A stretch of 64,000 bases of DNA, from the IMG/VR virus record IMGVR_UViG_3300020478_000003, positions 32,001 through 96,000 of that record. One strand, 5' to 3'. Positions 1-10,382 of this stretch are shown here, in pieces. The position numbers and the translations under genes are program-made. Each line of letters begins with the position of its first letter. Within the stretch, counting starts at the first letter, position 1. The notes below the pieces were generated by a model that was given only the letters and a program-made list of their open reading frames with translations, made no database searches and was not told the DNA's origin. The stretch comes from a virus.

Positions 1-2
1 CT

Positions 3-3000
3 ATGATTCCTGGTATTGGTTCAGAACAATTTCTTGTTACAAATCAATATAACGGAAATGCCGTAGTTTATATGAGTACCGATATTGACAAGAGAGCAAA
101 TATTGCCCTAAATAACGTAACTTTCAAAGAAGTTGTTTGGACAGAAACTGGCTCTTGGCAAGTAGGAGGAGGTTCAGCGTGGACATCCACTACAGAAGCA
201 GGATATCTTGAACAACTCATAACTGGAGCACTTACCGAAGGAGTTACATACGAAGTTCAATATGATATAACCGAAGATTTCAAAGATGATTTTGGTGCAC
301 CTAGTGGAACAATTACTGCTTCTATTATAGGAGACACTACGGTTACACTTACACCCAACACATTAGTTGGACATTATACTGAAACAATTACCGCACCTGC
401 GAATACTACTACATTCAGATTAGATAGTACAGGAATGGGTAAGATTGATAATGCTTCAATTCGAGAACGTGTCACTGGTCAAAATGCTTGGTATATGGGT
501 GAAGGATGGAGTTCAACGGCTGGAGCTAAAGCATATATTGATGGTTCAATAGCATCTCCTACAGAAATTAGTCAAACAGTTGCATTTGATGCAGGAAAAT
601 TATACGAAGTTAAGTATAATGTAGCAGATATGGATCCAAATGATGACGGTATGACTGGACGATTGAGAGTTACCCTTGGGCATAATCCTAACAATCTTAT
701 TTCAAACTGGAATTTTGATATTATTGATACTGCGGCAGTAAACTGGGCATTCAGTGGAGTTGATGTATCTATCGTTAATGAGAAAATGGAATTTCTCTCT
801 TCAGTCAACGGTACAGCAACATACACACTTGCAAGTTCCCTTGTTAAGAATGCTCATTACGAAGTTACGCTTGATACAACATTACAGACTCATAACATTT
901 ATATATTTACTGTTGGTCCAGGACCTAGTGGTTCTCACTCACATACTTTCCAGATTACTCAGGAAGATGCTGATTGGTTGATGGAAGATGAAACTAGAAC
1001 ACGAGCATTTCCACAATCGGATGCTTATCACGCAGAAACTTATACTCACGAATTTACTCTTTCTTATGCTACAGTAAATCAAGAATGGATATTAGTGAGT
1101 CAAACTATTCCTGAAGGACACGAAGATTTAGCATTGACCTCTACGGTGACAAATAATCCATCTATAGAAATTATATTAGATTCTGTTGTTCTAGCTACAG
1201 TTACAGAAAGCGGAATTCACCATCTTGATATAATTGGAGAAAATACTGCTGATTTTGTCGTTAGAGTAAACGGTACAGGTTCTATTGATCATATTAAATT
1301 GTTTGAAGAAGAAATTCCAATTTTAGATTACGATTCTACTGGACTTGTTCATCAAGGAGAAGTGGTTCATCACGTAAGAGCGGGATCGCACGATTCTCTA
1401 ATTCACTTTATTGCGGATGTAGATAATAACAGACCAGAAGAAAATAATCCATATTATCTTCAGACTGGTTGGGAAGGAAGTATTGATGAAGTTTCGGTTC
1501 GAGAAATCGAAGAGAAATGGACATTTGCTCCTCAGCAAGGAGCTTCTGCTTATGTAGATCAAATAGCAGGACAAATTTATACTGCTGGAACTGGAACTTC
1601 TGCAAGAGGAATTGCTCATATCAGTTTTGAAATAATTGATCAAATGAGTTATAAGGTAAACTTTAACGTAGATAGACCTACTGATTCTATAATTAAAATT
1701 GGACCATCTCCCGATACCGATACTTATGGTAGTATGGTTATTGCCGCAAACGATACGGATGGAGATAAAGATTTTGTCTTTAAGGCTCCAGTAACTGGAG
1801 TTGCATACTTAACACTCACAACAACTGGTAATGGATTCACATACTGGGATAATATTTCAGTTAAGACTATTCCAAATCTTTCATCCGATGAATATTTGCT
1901 TCTTGCACGTTCATTGAATATATTTGGAGTACCTATTGGTGGAGAAGAGAGATGGAAAGTTCAGCATATGGATATGGAGAATTTAGATTATGCTGGAATG
2001 CCAATTGCAGGATTACGTACACTAGAATCATATGGTGAATCAATAATTGAGGATTACTATGATGTCAATAAGCGACAAACAGATATATTGAATCCACCTA
2101 TCCGAATTGACAGTTTGAGTGTTGAATTTGGATTTAGGGCAATTGCGGCAGTAAATCCGTCTTGTTCTGATTTTAATACTCAAGCTAGTTTACCAGCTTA
2201 TACTTCAGCGGCAGATTGTACTCAACCTAACGGAATATGGTATGCTGAAGTATTTGAATTCTGTTCGGATGCAACTTATACTACTGAAGTCAATTGTATA
2301 GAACCTAACGGTACTTGGTCCCCAGGAACTTGTTCTGGTGGAGGATTTACAGAACAAGGAACTTGTCTAGCCGCAGGAACTTGTACTGATGCCGCCTATA
2401 ACAACAATCAAGCAATGTGTCTCGGTGCAGGAACTTGTGATAATAGCCTGTACAATAATAATGAAACACAATGTATGAATAATGGTGGAGCTTGGACAAG
2501 TGCAGGAAATAGTTTTACTCCGGCTGGTTATACTTGGACCCCAGGAACTTGTTCTGATATTGCATTTGGATCTCAATCTGCTTGTGAAGCACCAAGAGCA
2601 GTATGGACTCCAACAGTTGCGGCTCATTGTAAAGAATCTCTCGGTGGAGCACTTGCTCCGGCATTCACAACTCAGTCGGCTTGTGAACAACAAAGAGGAA
2701 TTTGGGATCCAACGCTTGTTAGTGCAATGAATGGAGATGAAATAGAAGCAACAGGAGAAGGTATTGATATAAATTGGGATATAACAATTGGAGGTGTTTC
2801 ACAGATCACATCCGCAATTCTACTACCTAGCAGAGTTAAATATGAAGTTACGGTAGATACTCCTTTAGGAGGACAAGAATGGAAGATCACTAATACTGCA
2901 GGAGATTATTTTACTTATCCTGATCCATTTGTTGTAAATGATCCTATGAGAATCATTACGATTTATCAGCCTGATCCTCAAATAGCTCCTAACGGAAAAG

Positions 3001-3935
3001 CGTATGGGGAAGATCCATCTTCTCCAAATCACGGCACAGCCGCTGGTGGACAATTTGCGGCAAACGAAGCAGAATTTTACATATATGGAATTGGATTTGA
3101 TCCTGCTTCTACTGTTAAAGTTCAAAAATCTTCCTCTGATGATATGCCTGGAAACTATGCAGTCGGAGGGGATAATACCACTATCTATGAAACTGGATCG
3201 GGAGTAATAGCTACCTATGTTTCTTCTACAGAAATAAAAGTACATCTTACTACAAGTGATATTCCAGCAGGACACGATGCTAGTTTAGGTTCAGCCGGTG
3301 GATGGGGTGTGATGTATTATGATGTAACAGTAACAAATCCTGATGGTCAGACATTCACAGAAAAAGCGAATGCAGTACCAGGAAGTTATGCTGGAGAATG
3401 GATAACAGTCTCAGATGGTAAATATTCCGGAATTACTCCGCCTGTTCATTCAAATCAACCATTCCCAGAATATGCTGTCATTGGATGGGACCCAAATCGA
3501 TATTCTTCTGGTAACGGAGTTAGAGTTTTCGGATATACTTTAGAGCCAGCAGTTAGAATTCAGCAGATTTCAAATAATTTGATGGAGACTATGCCGGATA
3601 TTTTTGATTTGGGAACAAATCCAGAATGGGCACCAGCTGGAGTTGTATCAGCTACAGAATATGAGATGCAAGTAATGGGAGCTTCAGACGATGGAGCTGG
3701 TAATCAATCTTGTGTGGTAACTTTAGTTCCTGCAGAAGGCACAGGCTTAGTATATACACCTGAAATTGCGACTGCCGCAAATGCGACTGCCGTAAGAATT
3801 ATCAACGGTGCGGTAGATGTGAATACTGGGTTATATCCACCACACGGAAGTTATGATATAATATTAACCAATGATGACGGTTCATACGATATAGTGAAAA
3901 AAGGTTTTCATTATGGTCCTGGTCCTTGGTCATAA
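3..3935 (+). CDS. Large virion structural protein (tail/baseplate-associated), probably truncated at the window edge; carbohydrate-binding-like beta repeats, Cys-rich repeats and IPT/TIG-like C-terminal domains
   Basis: 1310-aa Gly/Thr/Asp-rich ORF; repeated W...G..Y.V.Y/F beta modules; C-x-D-x(6-8)-C...G-x-W repeats at about 2155-2712; 'GIGFDPASTV...YVSSTEIKV...YDVTVTNPDG' resembles IPT/TIG; lies among late structural genes. Confidence 0.6.
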   Translation: MIPGIGSEQFLVTNQYNGNAVVYMSTDIDKRANIALNNVTFKEVVWTETGSWQVGGGSAWTSTTEAGYLEQLITGALTEGVTYEVQYDITEDFKDDFGAPSGTITASIIGDTTVTLTPNTLVGHYTETITAPANTTTFRLDSTGMGKIDNASIRERVTGQNAWYMGEGWSSTAGAKAYIDGSIASPTEISQTVAFDAGKLYEVKYNVADMDPNDDGMTGRLRVTLGHNPNNLISNWNFDIIDTAAVNWAFSGVDVSIVNEKMEFLSSVNGTATYTLASSLVKNAHYEVTLDTTLQTHNIYIFTVGPGPSGSHSHTFQITQEDADWLMEDETRTRAFPQSDAYHAETYTHEFTLSYATVNQEWILVSQTIPEGHEDLALTSTVTNNPSIEIILDSVVLATVTESGIHHLDIIGENTADFVVRVNGTGSIDHIKLFEEEIPILDYDSTGLVHQGEVVHHVRAGSHDSLIHFIADVDNNRPEENNPYYLQTGWEGSIDEVSVREIEEKWTFAPQQGASAYVDQIAGQIYTAGTGTSARGIAHISFEIIDQMSYKVNFNVDRPTDSIIKIGPSPDTDTYGSMVIAANDTDGDKDFVFKAPVTGVAYLTLTTTGNGFTYWDNISVKTIPNLSSDEYLLLARSLNIFGVPIGGEERWKVQHMDMENLDYAGMPIAGLRTLESYGESIIEDYYDVNKRQTDILNPPIRIDSLSVEFGFRAIAAVNPSCSDFNTQASLPAYTSAADCTQPNGIWYAEVFEFCSDATYTTEVNCIEPNGTWSPGTCSGGGFTEQGTCLAAGTCTDAAYNNNQAMCLGAGTCDNSLYNNNETQCMNNGGAWTSAGNSFTPAGYTWTPGTCSDIAFGSQSACEAPRAVWTPTVAAHCKESLGGALAPAFTTQSACEQQRGIWDPTLVSAMNGDEIEATGEGIDINWDITIGGVSQITSAILLPSRVKYEVTVDTPLGGQEWKITNTAGDYFTYPDPFVVNDPMRIITIYQPDPQIAPNGKAYGEDPSSPNHGTAAGGQFAANEAEFYIYGIGFDPASTVKVQKSSSDDMPGNYAVGGDNTTIYETGSGVIATYVSSTEIKVHLTTSDIPAGHDASLGSAGGWGVMYYDVTVTNPDGQTFTEKANAVPGSYAGEWITVSDGKYSGITPPVHSNQPFPEYAVIGWDPNRYSSGNGVRVFGYTLEPAVRIQQISNNLMETMPDIFDLGTNPEWAPAGVVSATEYEMQVMGASDDGAGNQSCVVTLVPAEGTGLVYTPEIATAANATAVRIINGAVDVNTGLYPPHGSYDIILTNDDGSYDIVKKGFHYGPGPWS

Positions 3936-3968
3936 TATGGATCATAAGTAAAAAATAACACTGGATGA

Positions 3969-3988
3969 TATAAATAGTATTATAAATA
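3969..3988 (+). promoter_or_regulatory. Two tandem T4-type late promoters (TATAAATA, 12-bp period)
   Basis: TATAAATA at 3969-3976 and 3981-3988, upstream of a GGAG RBS and the ATG at 4023; the genome encodes gp55. Confidence 0.75.
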
Positions 3989-4022
3989 TATCAAGAGAAT
4001 ATAATTTTGGAGATAAATTAAA

Positions 4023-7000
4023 ATGTCAGTAACACTATCAAACATTACTACTGCGGTAGATCCGTTTAACGATATACCCGATATTACATTTGACAGTATC
4101 GATGTATCGGCGTATACCGAAGAAGTAGAGATATATACCAATACGCCAGCGGTAATGATACCGGCTAAATTGAACGCTATGGCGGCTTCAATGAAAAACT
4201 GGTTAAATGATAATGTTTCTGCTCCTTTAGAAAATCAACAAAATACATTTAAAAACGAAGTTGTAGTTAGAACAAATACAGCAATGAATGCTGTGGAAAC
4301 TTATATGAACAATGAAGTTCAAAGTTTCGTAAATACAGTCTTTGTTCCTTGGGCAAACGATGCAGGATTAGTTCTCTCTAATCACGCCAACTTACAAGAA
4401 AGCAATGTAACCACTACATTAAATCAATTACAGGCTGATTATACAGCCCACGTAATATCTCAAGATGCTCTTATTGCTCAAGCCCTTGTAGATATGTTGG
4501 CTAGTCTTTCTCAATATACATCGGGTGCAGCCGATTCTGGTTATACCGTTCATCAAACAAACGAATTACTTGCCGATATTACAATGACTCGGCAGATTGA
4601 TTTTAGCGATTATTTGTATGACCACAATAATGATGTTATATTTGCCCACGAAGGTCCAAACATTACTCATCACATTAATTACAAACCTACTGACGGTACA
4701 GTTTTATCGTTTGGTGAGTCAATGCAAATTTTTGGTGAGCCTCGACCATTCATTCAACATTTAAGATTAGAAATAAGTCCAGAAGATACACCTTCAGTTA
4801 AGCAGATTAAAGCATATGATATTTTTAAGAACACTTCTGCTGGAGGTGTTCATTCATTCAGAGGTACTGGACACGAAGCAGATGGTGAGCCAGCTGTAGA
4901 ATTAACAATCTTGAACAATCTATCCGTTGCTGATACTGATAATCCAGAAATTATCCTGAGACGAGGATCTGAAGCCGCATTAATGTTTGGAGGAATTGAT
5001 AAGGGAGATTATGCCAAATTAGTAGAGATAGATGGTACCACAGTTTACAATAAAGGTGTTGTTGGTAACTATGCTCAAGATTATGACACGATATTATTTA
5101 AACCACATCAATCATACTGCCACGATGGCGCATCCGGAGTAACTGGATGGGGAGTCATAGCCGATGACCACGCAAGTGGTATCGATGGTGACGGAGGAGC
5201 TTATGATACTCCAACTAAATGCGAAGAATATGTAGATAGTTCCGTTGCTCTTTTAGATGATCTTTCCCGTTCTTATGAATATAATATTCCTGGAGAATCT
5301 TATGAATCTGCAATATCTGACGGACTGATTTATAAAGTTTATATCAATGATGATACTGGATTTATTGATTCTTACGCATACTCAATTGATGCTAATGGTA
5401 AAACAGGAACTGGAGCTATACTTACACCTTACTATGATGACGGAGTTTCAGATGTCACAATGACTTCTGGTGGAACTAAATATTCCACTAATACTAAAGC
5501 AAGAATATTTGACTTAGGTGCTGTAGATCAAACCGGTTCAGTCGAAACAAAAGCTACGGCTACTTTTACTCTTAAAGATGGTATGATAAGAGATGTTGGC
5601 TTTACTGATTACGGAGCAGGTTATACTGGATATTGGGAAGTAGATGTTGCCGCTGAAGTTGGTGGTGACGGACACACACATAAAGTTCATTTAACTCAAA
5701 CAGAAGTAAATACAATTATGGGTGGTGGAACTGTTGTTTCAACAACGGTTGATGCTGGTCATACACACGATCAAACTGTTGGTTGGAATGCTTTCAATCA
5801 ATCTTTTGAATTTATTTCTACCACAGGTGCTCACGTTCATCCATTAGAAGTTACCACTCACGTAGTTAATCCCACTTTATCAATTAATGTTGCTACTTCA
5901 ACCGGAGGTCTAGCCGAAGGAACAGTTTATCTTAAAGAAGATGATTCTATAGATTATGTAGTAATGACAAATGGCGGAGCCGATTATGATGCCGCTGATA
6001 CACTTACTATTAGTGGAGGAACTCCTTCAACTCCTGCAGTCTGTACGTTCACACTTGCAAACGGTGGAATTGCAGGCTTTTCAATGGTAGATCAAGGAAC
6101 TGGATATACCGATTCAACCGCAAAAACAGTTGCAGTTAATATTCAAAACGATGCGTTTTCGCCAAGTGTAATTACAGCAAATGTTGGTGATACAGTAACT
6201 TTTACAAATTTAGATATTCAACCACATACAGTTACACATTCGGGTGGAATGTTTGATTCATTAGATATTCCTCAGAATGCTGTATTCTCATACGTTGTTA
6301 CTAAAGCCACAGAATTAACTGACAAGTACGAACTTTACGATACAAATAATACACAAATTACCGCAACTCTTTGGGTTCGTGATAATCCTTGCTACATTGA
6401 TATGGTTACCTCTACTGGAGGTGGACTTTATGGAAAAGCTACGGTTAATGCTAGTGGAAACGTTACGAACATTGCTGTAGAGAGACCCGGAGAAGGTTAT
6501 CAAAATACTGATACAGTTAAAGTAATTGATATATCTGGCGCTGGAGAAGGTGCTTATGCTACTGTGGAGACAGACAGAAGTGTAGGATCAGTTATTATAA
6601 CTAACGGTGGATCTGGCTATGATCAAGAAACAGAAGTTTTTGCATATGATCCTACTGGATTTCCTGATGGTTCTGGTGGTACAATTTATGGTTCAGGAGC
6701 AATTCTGAAACCTACAATTAATACAGAATATCAGGCGGCATATTGTGCAGATCCTCAGTATACAGATCAAGCCGCTTGTGAAGCCGCTTTAAATGTTTGG
6801 TATCCTGCAATTGAACTTGGACAAATTACAGATATAAAAGTACAAGCTGGAGGATCAGGCTATAAAGATATCGAGTTCATAATTAATGATGTGACAGAAT
6901 CTGGATCAGGATGTATTTTAGCTCCAGATCAAAACAATGTAGTTACGGCAGTCAACTTTAGTTCACGAGGCGGACAAGGAACTGCTGGAGGAAACGCATA

Positions 7001-7616
7001 TGTTGAACCTTTCATAATCATTCAAGATGCAGGCGGAACTGTTGGAACTGATGATTGGTCAGTCGGAAATGGATTTGCTGGTACCGTTGTACTAAATAAT
7101 GGTATAGGAGCAGTATCGATTGTTGATGACTGGGCAGATTATGTAGATGGAGAACAAAGGGTTGTTATTGTTGATGCTCACGCCGAACCAACCGGATTCG
7201 GAGCCACGGGTACTGCTACTGTAGGAGTATCTGGAAACGTAGAATCAGTTTCAGTAACTAATGCCGGTTCAGCATACAAGACACCAGTCGTAATGGTTGC
7301 TGGTCCAGTTAGTATGACTGCCCATATGTCTTCTATTAATAATGTTAATACTAATTTAGCATTATATGGACCTGAAGGAAATTCAAATGATTCACCATTC
7401 TCAAATAATAATACTGCTAATACTAACAAGAAGAATGGAATAATGATTCAATTTGAAAATCCAAACGGACATACATTGAACGATAATTGGGTATTCAAAA
7501 CGCAATCTTGGAAATTGGGTACTCCTGCAAGTATACTATATACTTCTAGTAGATACGATGGTAACCTTGAAAATATGCGAGGAATTATAACTCTTAAAGA
7601 TGTTTGGGAAACATAA
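4023..7616 (+). CDS. Virion structural protein (baseplate wedge/tail-fibre-like) with G-x-G-Y repeats, HxH motifs and a cupredoxin-like insert
   Basis: 1197 aa; N-terminal helical/coiled region; many I/V-x3-G-x-G-Y repeats typical of marine T4-like baseplate proteins; GHTH/GAHVH motifs; late promoter upstream. Confidence 0.6.
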   Translation: MSVTLSNITTAVDPFNDIPDITFDSIDVSAYTEEVEIYTNTPAVMIPAKLNAMAASMKNWLNDNVSAPLENQQNTFKNEVVVRTNTAMNAVETYMNNEVQSFVNTVFVPWANDAGLVLSNHANLQESNVTTTLNQLQADYTAHVISQDALIAQALVDMLASLSQYTSGAADSGYTVHQTNELLADITMTRQIDFSDYLYDHNNDVIFAHEGPNITHHINYKPTDGTVLSFGESMQIFGEPRPFIQHLRLEISPEDTPSVKQIKAYDIFKNTSAGGVHSFRGTGHEADGEPAVELTILNNLSVADTDNPEIILRRGSEAALMFGGIDKGDYAKLVEIDGTTVYNKGVVGNYAQDYDTILFKPHQSYCHDGASGVTGWGVIADDHASGIDGDGGAYDTPTKCEEYVDSSVALLDDLSRSYEYNIPGESYESAISDGLIYKVYINDDTGFIDSYAYSIDANGKTGTGAILTPYYDDGVSDVTMTSGGTKYSTNTKARIFDLGAVDQTGSVETKATATFTLKDGMIRDVGFTDYGAGYTGYWEVDVAAEVGGDGHTHKVHLTQTEVNTIMGGGTVVSTTVDAGHTHDQTVGWNAFNQSFEFISTTGAHVHPLEVTTHVVNPTLSINVATSTGGLAEGTVYLKEDDSIDYVVMTNGGADYDAADTLTISGGTPSTPAVCTFTLANGGIAGFSMVDQGTGYTDSTAKTVAVNIQNDAFSPSVITANVGDTVTFTNLDIQPHTVTHSGGMFDSLDIPQNAVFSYVVTKATELTDKYELYDTNNTQITATLWVRDNPCYIDMVTSTGGGLYGKATVNASGNVTNIAVERPGEGYQNTDTVKVIDISGAGEGAYATVETDRSVGSVIITNGGSGYDQETEVFAYDPTGFPDGSGGTIYGSGAILKPTINTEYQAAYCADPQYTDQAACEAALNVWYPAIELGQITDIKVQAGGSGYKDIEFIINDVTESGSGCILAPDQNNVVTAVNFSSRGGQGTAGGNAYVEPFIIIQDAGGTVGTDDWSVGNGFAGTVVLNNGIGAVSIVDDWADYVDGEQRVVIVDAHAEPTGFGATGTATVGVSGNVESVSVTNAGSAYKTPVVMVAGPVSMTAHMSSINNVNTNLALYGPEGNSNDSPFSNNNTANTNKKNGIMIQFENPNGHTLNDNWVFKTQSWKLGTPASILYTSSRYDGNLENMRGIITLKDVWET

Positions 7617-7629
7617 TATTAAGAGTTCA

Positions 7630-7649
7630 TATAAATAGTAATATAAATA
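7630..7649 (+). promoter_or_regulatory. Two tandem T4-type late promoters (TATAAATA, 12-bp period)
   Basis: TATAAATA at 7630-7637 and 7642-7649, upstream of GGAG and the ATG at 7688. Confidence 0.75.
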
Positions 7650-7687
7650 GAAATGAATATTAAAGAACATTTGGAGAAAAAAGTCTA

Positions 7688-8686
7688 ATGGATATTTTAA
7701 CACTAGGAAAAATGAACGCTATGGCGCGGGATGTTGACGTAACGTTGGAATATCTAGCCAATGCAACCTTCCAAGCCCTAAAAGATGTTTGTGATATACA
7801 AGCCGGGATGGAGGCAAATTTAAATACCATCGCTCAAAATAACATTGATGAAGTAAATGCCGCTGGACCAAATCGTGGAATACAGACAAGAGAATATTTC
7901 AACGATTGTGCCCGAGGCTGTCATTGTATGGTAGGATGTTCAGATACCTTTACTGTTCCTCCCGGAACAAAAACTATTATGTTTGAAGCCTGGGGTGGCG
8001 GTGGAGCCGGTGCAGGACATTGTTGTCAAGGTTGCTGGTGTGATGTGGCATCTTGTGGATCAAATGGCGGATTTTATGGAAGAAAGACTATCTGTGCAGA
8101 AGCAGGGCATTTCGACGGTGTTAACGGAGGAGATGTTTATACGATTTGTGTAGGAGATGGAGGTAACGGTGGAAGTCATTGTTGGACTGCTTGTTGCGAT
8201 GCTCCTCGAGGTTGTGCTTCATATGTAACTGGACCAGGACTTACAAACTTTTGTGCTGTAGGTGGACGAGGTGGATATAATCTTTATTGTACTTGTCAAT
8301 GTAATATGAGTCATTGTTGGGCTGAAGCCGCACATTGTAACGGAATGATAATGTGTGCTCCAGTTGGGTGTAATCAAGCAACAAATATGGATTCAACAGG
8401 AACAGGAGCAGTTAACGGTCAAATGTTTGAAAAAGAACAATTGAGTGCTGGACATTGTGATTGTGGCGGAAGATTTACAAGAACAGGTCAATCAGATGGT
8501 TTAACAAATTCAATAATGCAACACATTGGACACTCAATGTCTTATTGTGGATGCGAAACACCTTGCTATAGCTTCCGACACGCAGGTGGTGGAATGAACA
8601 CTATGAAAGCATACTGCGGAAATCCACTAGAAAATTGTCTAGGTTCTCCTGGAAGACCAGGCTTAGTTAGAGTAACATACGCATAA
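7688..8686 (+). CDS. Cys/Gly-rich tail-fibre tip/adhesin-like protein (paralog 1)
   Basis: 332 aa, about 31 Cys; 'FTVPPGTKTIMFEAWGGGGAG...GLVRVTY' glycine-rich fibre domain; N-terminus MDILTLGKMNAMAR identical to 9392..10363. Confidence 0.6.
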   Translation: MDILTLGKMNAMARDVDVTLEYLANATFQALKDVCDIQAGMEANLNTIAQNNIDEVNAAGPNRGIQTREYFNDCARGCHCMVGCSDTFTVPPGTKTIMFEAWGGGGAGAGHCCQGCWCDVASCGSNGGFYGRKTICAEAGHFDGVNGGDVYTICVGDGGNGGSHCWTACCDAPRGCASYVTGPGLTNFCAVGGRGGYNLYCTCQCNMSHCWAEAAHCNGMIMCAPVGCNQATNMDSTGTGAVNGQMFEKEQLSAGHCDCGGRFTRTGQSDGLTNSIMQHIGHSMSYCGCETPCYSFRHAGGGMNTMKAYCGNPLENCLGSPGRPGLVRVTYA

Positions 8687-8699
8687 GGATAATAGTAAA

Positions 8700-9392
8700 A
8701 TGAGCGACACTTGGCAAGAAACTGTAGATGTAGATTATCAATATGATTGTCCCTCGGAGAATTATCTTGATGGTCCGGCGTCTGAAAGTATAACAGAAAA
8801 TTACAACGGACCAGCCAGGTTGGTTGCTCTTGTTGATAAAGAAACTAAATTAGTTGAAGTAACATTACGAGAATGGGAAGCATATGATGGTCGCCCAGAC
8901 AGAATAAATTGCGATAACGTAGTTATTGACTGTTCAGCAAATGCTTTAGTATGCGAAGTTCTTTCTGATTATCATAATAATCATTTAGATACATCCGAAG
9001 TGCATCCCGAAGAACCTAGAGAAATGAAATCGATTCCAACTCCTGACGGTTACGAAGAATTTACTTGGTTCTATCCAATTCATCCAGACGAATTATATGA
9101 TTCAAACAAAACTACATATGAAGATGGTGAATGGAAGTTATATAAGAACACAAATCAAGATATTTTAGGACAGGGAGAACCTGCAAATTGGGACGAAATA
9201 CGACAAATGCGAAATGGAATGTTGTGGATGACAGATGCGACCGCAAATGCAGCCGATGCTCCCGCAGACCTTAAAGCAGGAGTAACTGAACTAAGGCAAA
9301 AATTACGGGACTTGCCTGAGGCATTAAAGGATATAGACGATATCTTTGTTCCTTCATCGTTCCCATCAACTAAAATTTTGGAGCAAAAGTAA
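8700..9392 (+). CDS. Tail fibre assembly chaperone-like protein (paralog 1)
   Basis: C-terminal 'WDEIRQMRNGML..TD......LRQKLRDLP' matches the phage tail-assembly chaperone motif (R..RN.LL..SD...YRQ.LRD.P). Confidence 0.65.
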   Translation: MSDTWQETVDVDYQYDCPSENYLDGPASESITENYNGPARLVALVDKETKLVEVTLREWEAYDGRPDRINCDNVVIDCSANALVCEVLSDYHNNHLDTSEVHPEEPREMKSIPTPDGYEEFTWFYPIHPDELYDSNKTTYEDGEWKLYKNTNQDILGQGEPANWDEIRQMRNGMLWMTDATANAADAPADLKAGVTELRQKLRDLPEALKDIDDIFVPSSFPSTKILEQK

Positions 9393-10363
9393 TGGATATA
9401 TTAACGCTAGGAAAAATGAATGCGATGGCCCGGAACACGGACCAGGCTCTCGAATTAATGTCCAATCATCTATATGAAACTCAACAAGAGATATGTGCTT
9501 TTCAAGCATCTAATGTAGATAATATTAACTCCGCTGTAGCTACAGGATTGGCACAACTAAGCCAAAACGTTGCAGTTACAATGTCTACGGATCAAAAACA
9601 TTTTTACATTTATAATACTTCTCACTGGTCAGCATATAATGGAGGATGTTGTTTACAATGGACAGTTCCTGAAGGAACATCAATTATTACTTTTGAGATT
9701 CTTTCTGGAGGTGGACCAGGTGGTTCAGCTGGATACGATTATGATATCGGACACGGTGGAGCCGGTGGAAACTATAACGAAAAAACTATATGTTTAGCAG
9801 GTGGACATTTTCAATCGTCTGCTGGAAACGAATCAGTTTATACATTATGTGCAGGCGGAACATCAGGATGTTCTTGCTGTACAACTTGTAACCGAGCGTG
9901 TAGACACGGATGTACTTCATTTGTAACAGGAGATGGATTATCCAACTTCTGTGCAATTGGCGGACACGGTGGATCAACATCTTGGGACGTACAATCATCT
10001 TGTTATAACTGTCATATCGGTGGAGTACAATGTGATAGAGGTAACTACAACGCAGGTTGGGTAACACATAACTGTAACGAAGCCGCTTATGGTGGTGATA
10101 TGTGTTTCAGAGGTATTGCCGCTGGTATGCACAAAGGATACAGTTGTTGTAATGAAATTACAAATGGTCAAGGAAGTCCTGCAGGACCGTTCACAGCACC
10201 TTGGTCCGGTGCGGCAAACCATTATTGTGCAGGAGATTATGCTTGTTGTGCTGGTCACTCAGCATTCCCTGGTGGAGGTGGAGTAGGTGACGGAAACGCC
10301 GCTGGTACACCTTGTACAGGATCTTGGGGAGCCGGTGGTCTTGTTAAAGTGACTTATCAATAG
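9392..10363 (+). CDS. Cys/Gly-rich tail-fibre tip/adhesin-like protein (paralog 2)
   Basis: 323 aa, about 23 Cys; 'WTVPEGTSIITFEILSGGGPGG...GAGGLVKVTY'; same first 14 aa as 7688..8686. Confidence 0.6.
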   Translation: MDILTLGKMNAMARNTDQALELMSNHLYETQQEICAFQASNVDNINSAVATGLAQLSQNVAVTMSTDQKHFYIYNTSHWSAYNGGCCLQWTVPEGTSIITFEILSGGGPGGSAGYDYDIGHGGAGGNYNEKTICLAGGHFQSSAGNESVYTLCAGGTSGCSCCTTCNRACRHGCTSFVTGDGLSNFCAIGGHGGSTSWDVQSSCYNCHIGGVQCDRGNYNAGWVTHNCNEAAYGGDMCFRGIAAGMHKGYSCCNEITNGQGSPAGPFTAPWSGAANHYCAGDYACCAGHSAFPGGGGVGDGNAAGTPCTGSWGAGGLVKVTYQ

Positions 10364-10382
10364 AATTAGGAGAAATTAGAAA

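Noticed and set aside
9997-10016. CxxCH (CYNCH) heme-c-like motif in the second Cys-rich protein; also CYDCH in the U32-like protein
   Set aside because: Expected by chance in such Cys-rich sequences; neither protein has a signal peptide for periplasmic heme attachment
7688-10363. Diversity-generating retroelement acting on the paralogous fibre tips
   Set aside because: No reverse transcriptase and no near-identical template/variable repeat pair differing at adenines was seen
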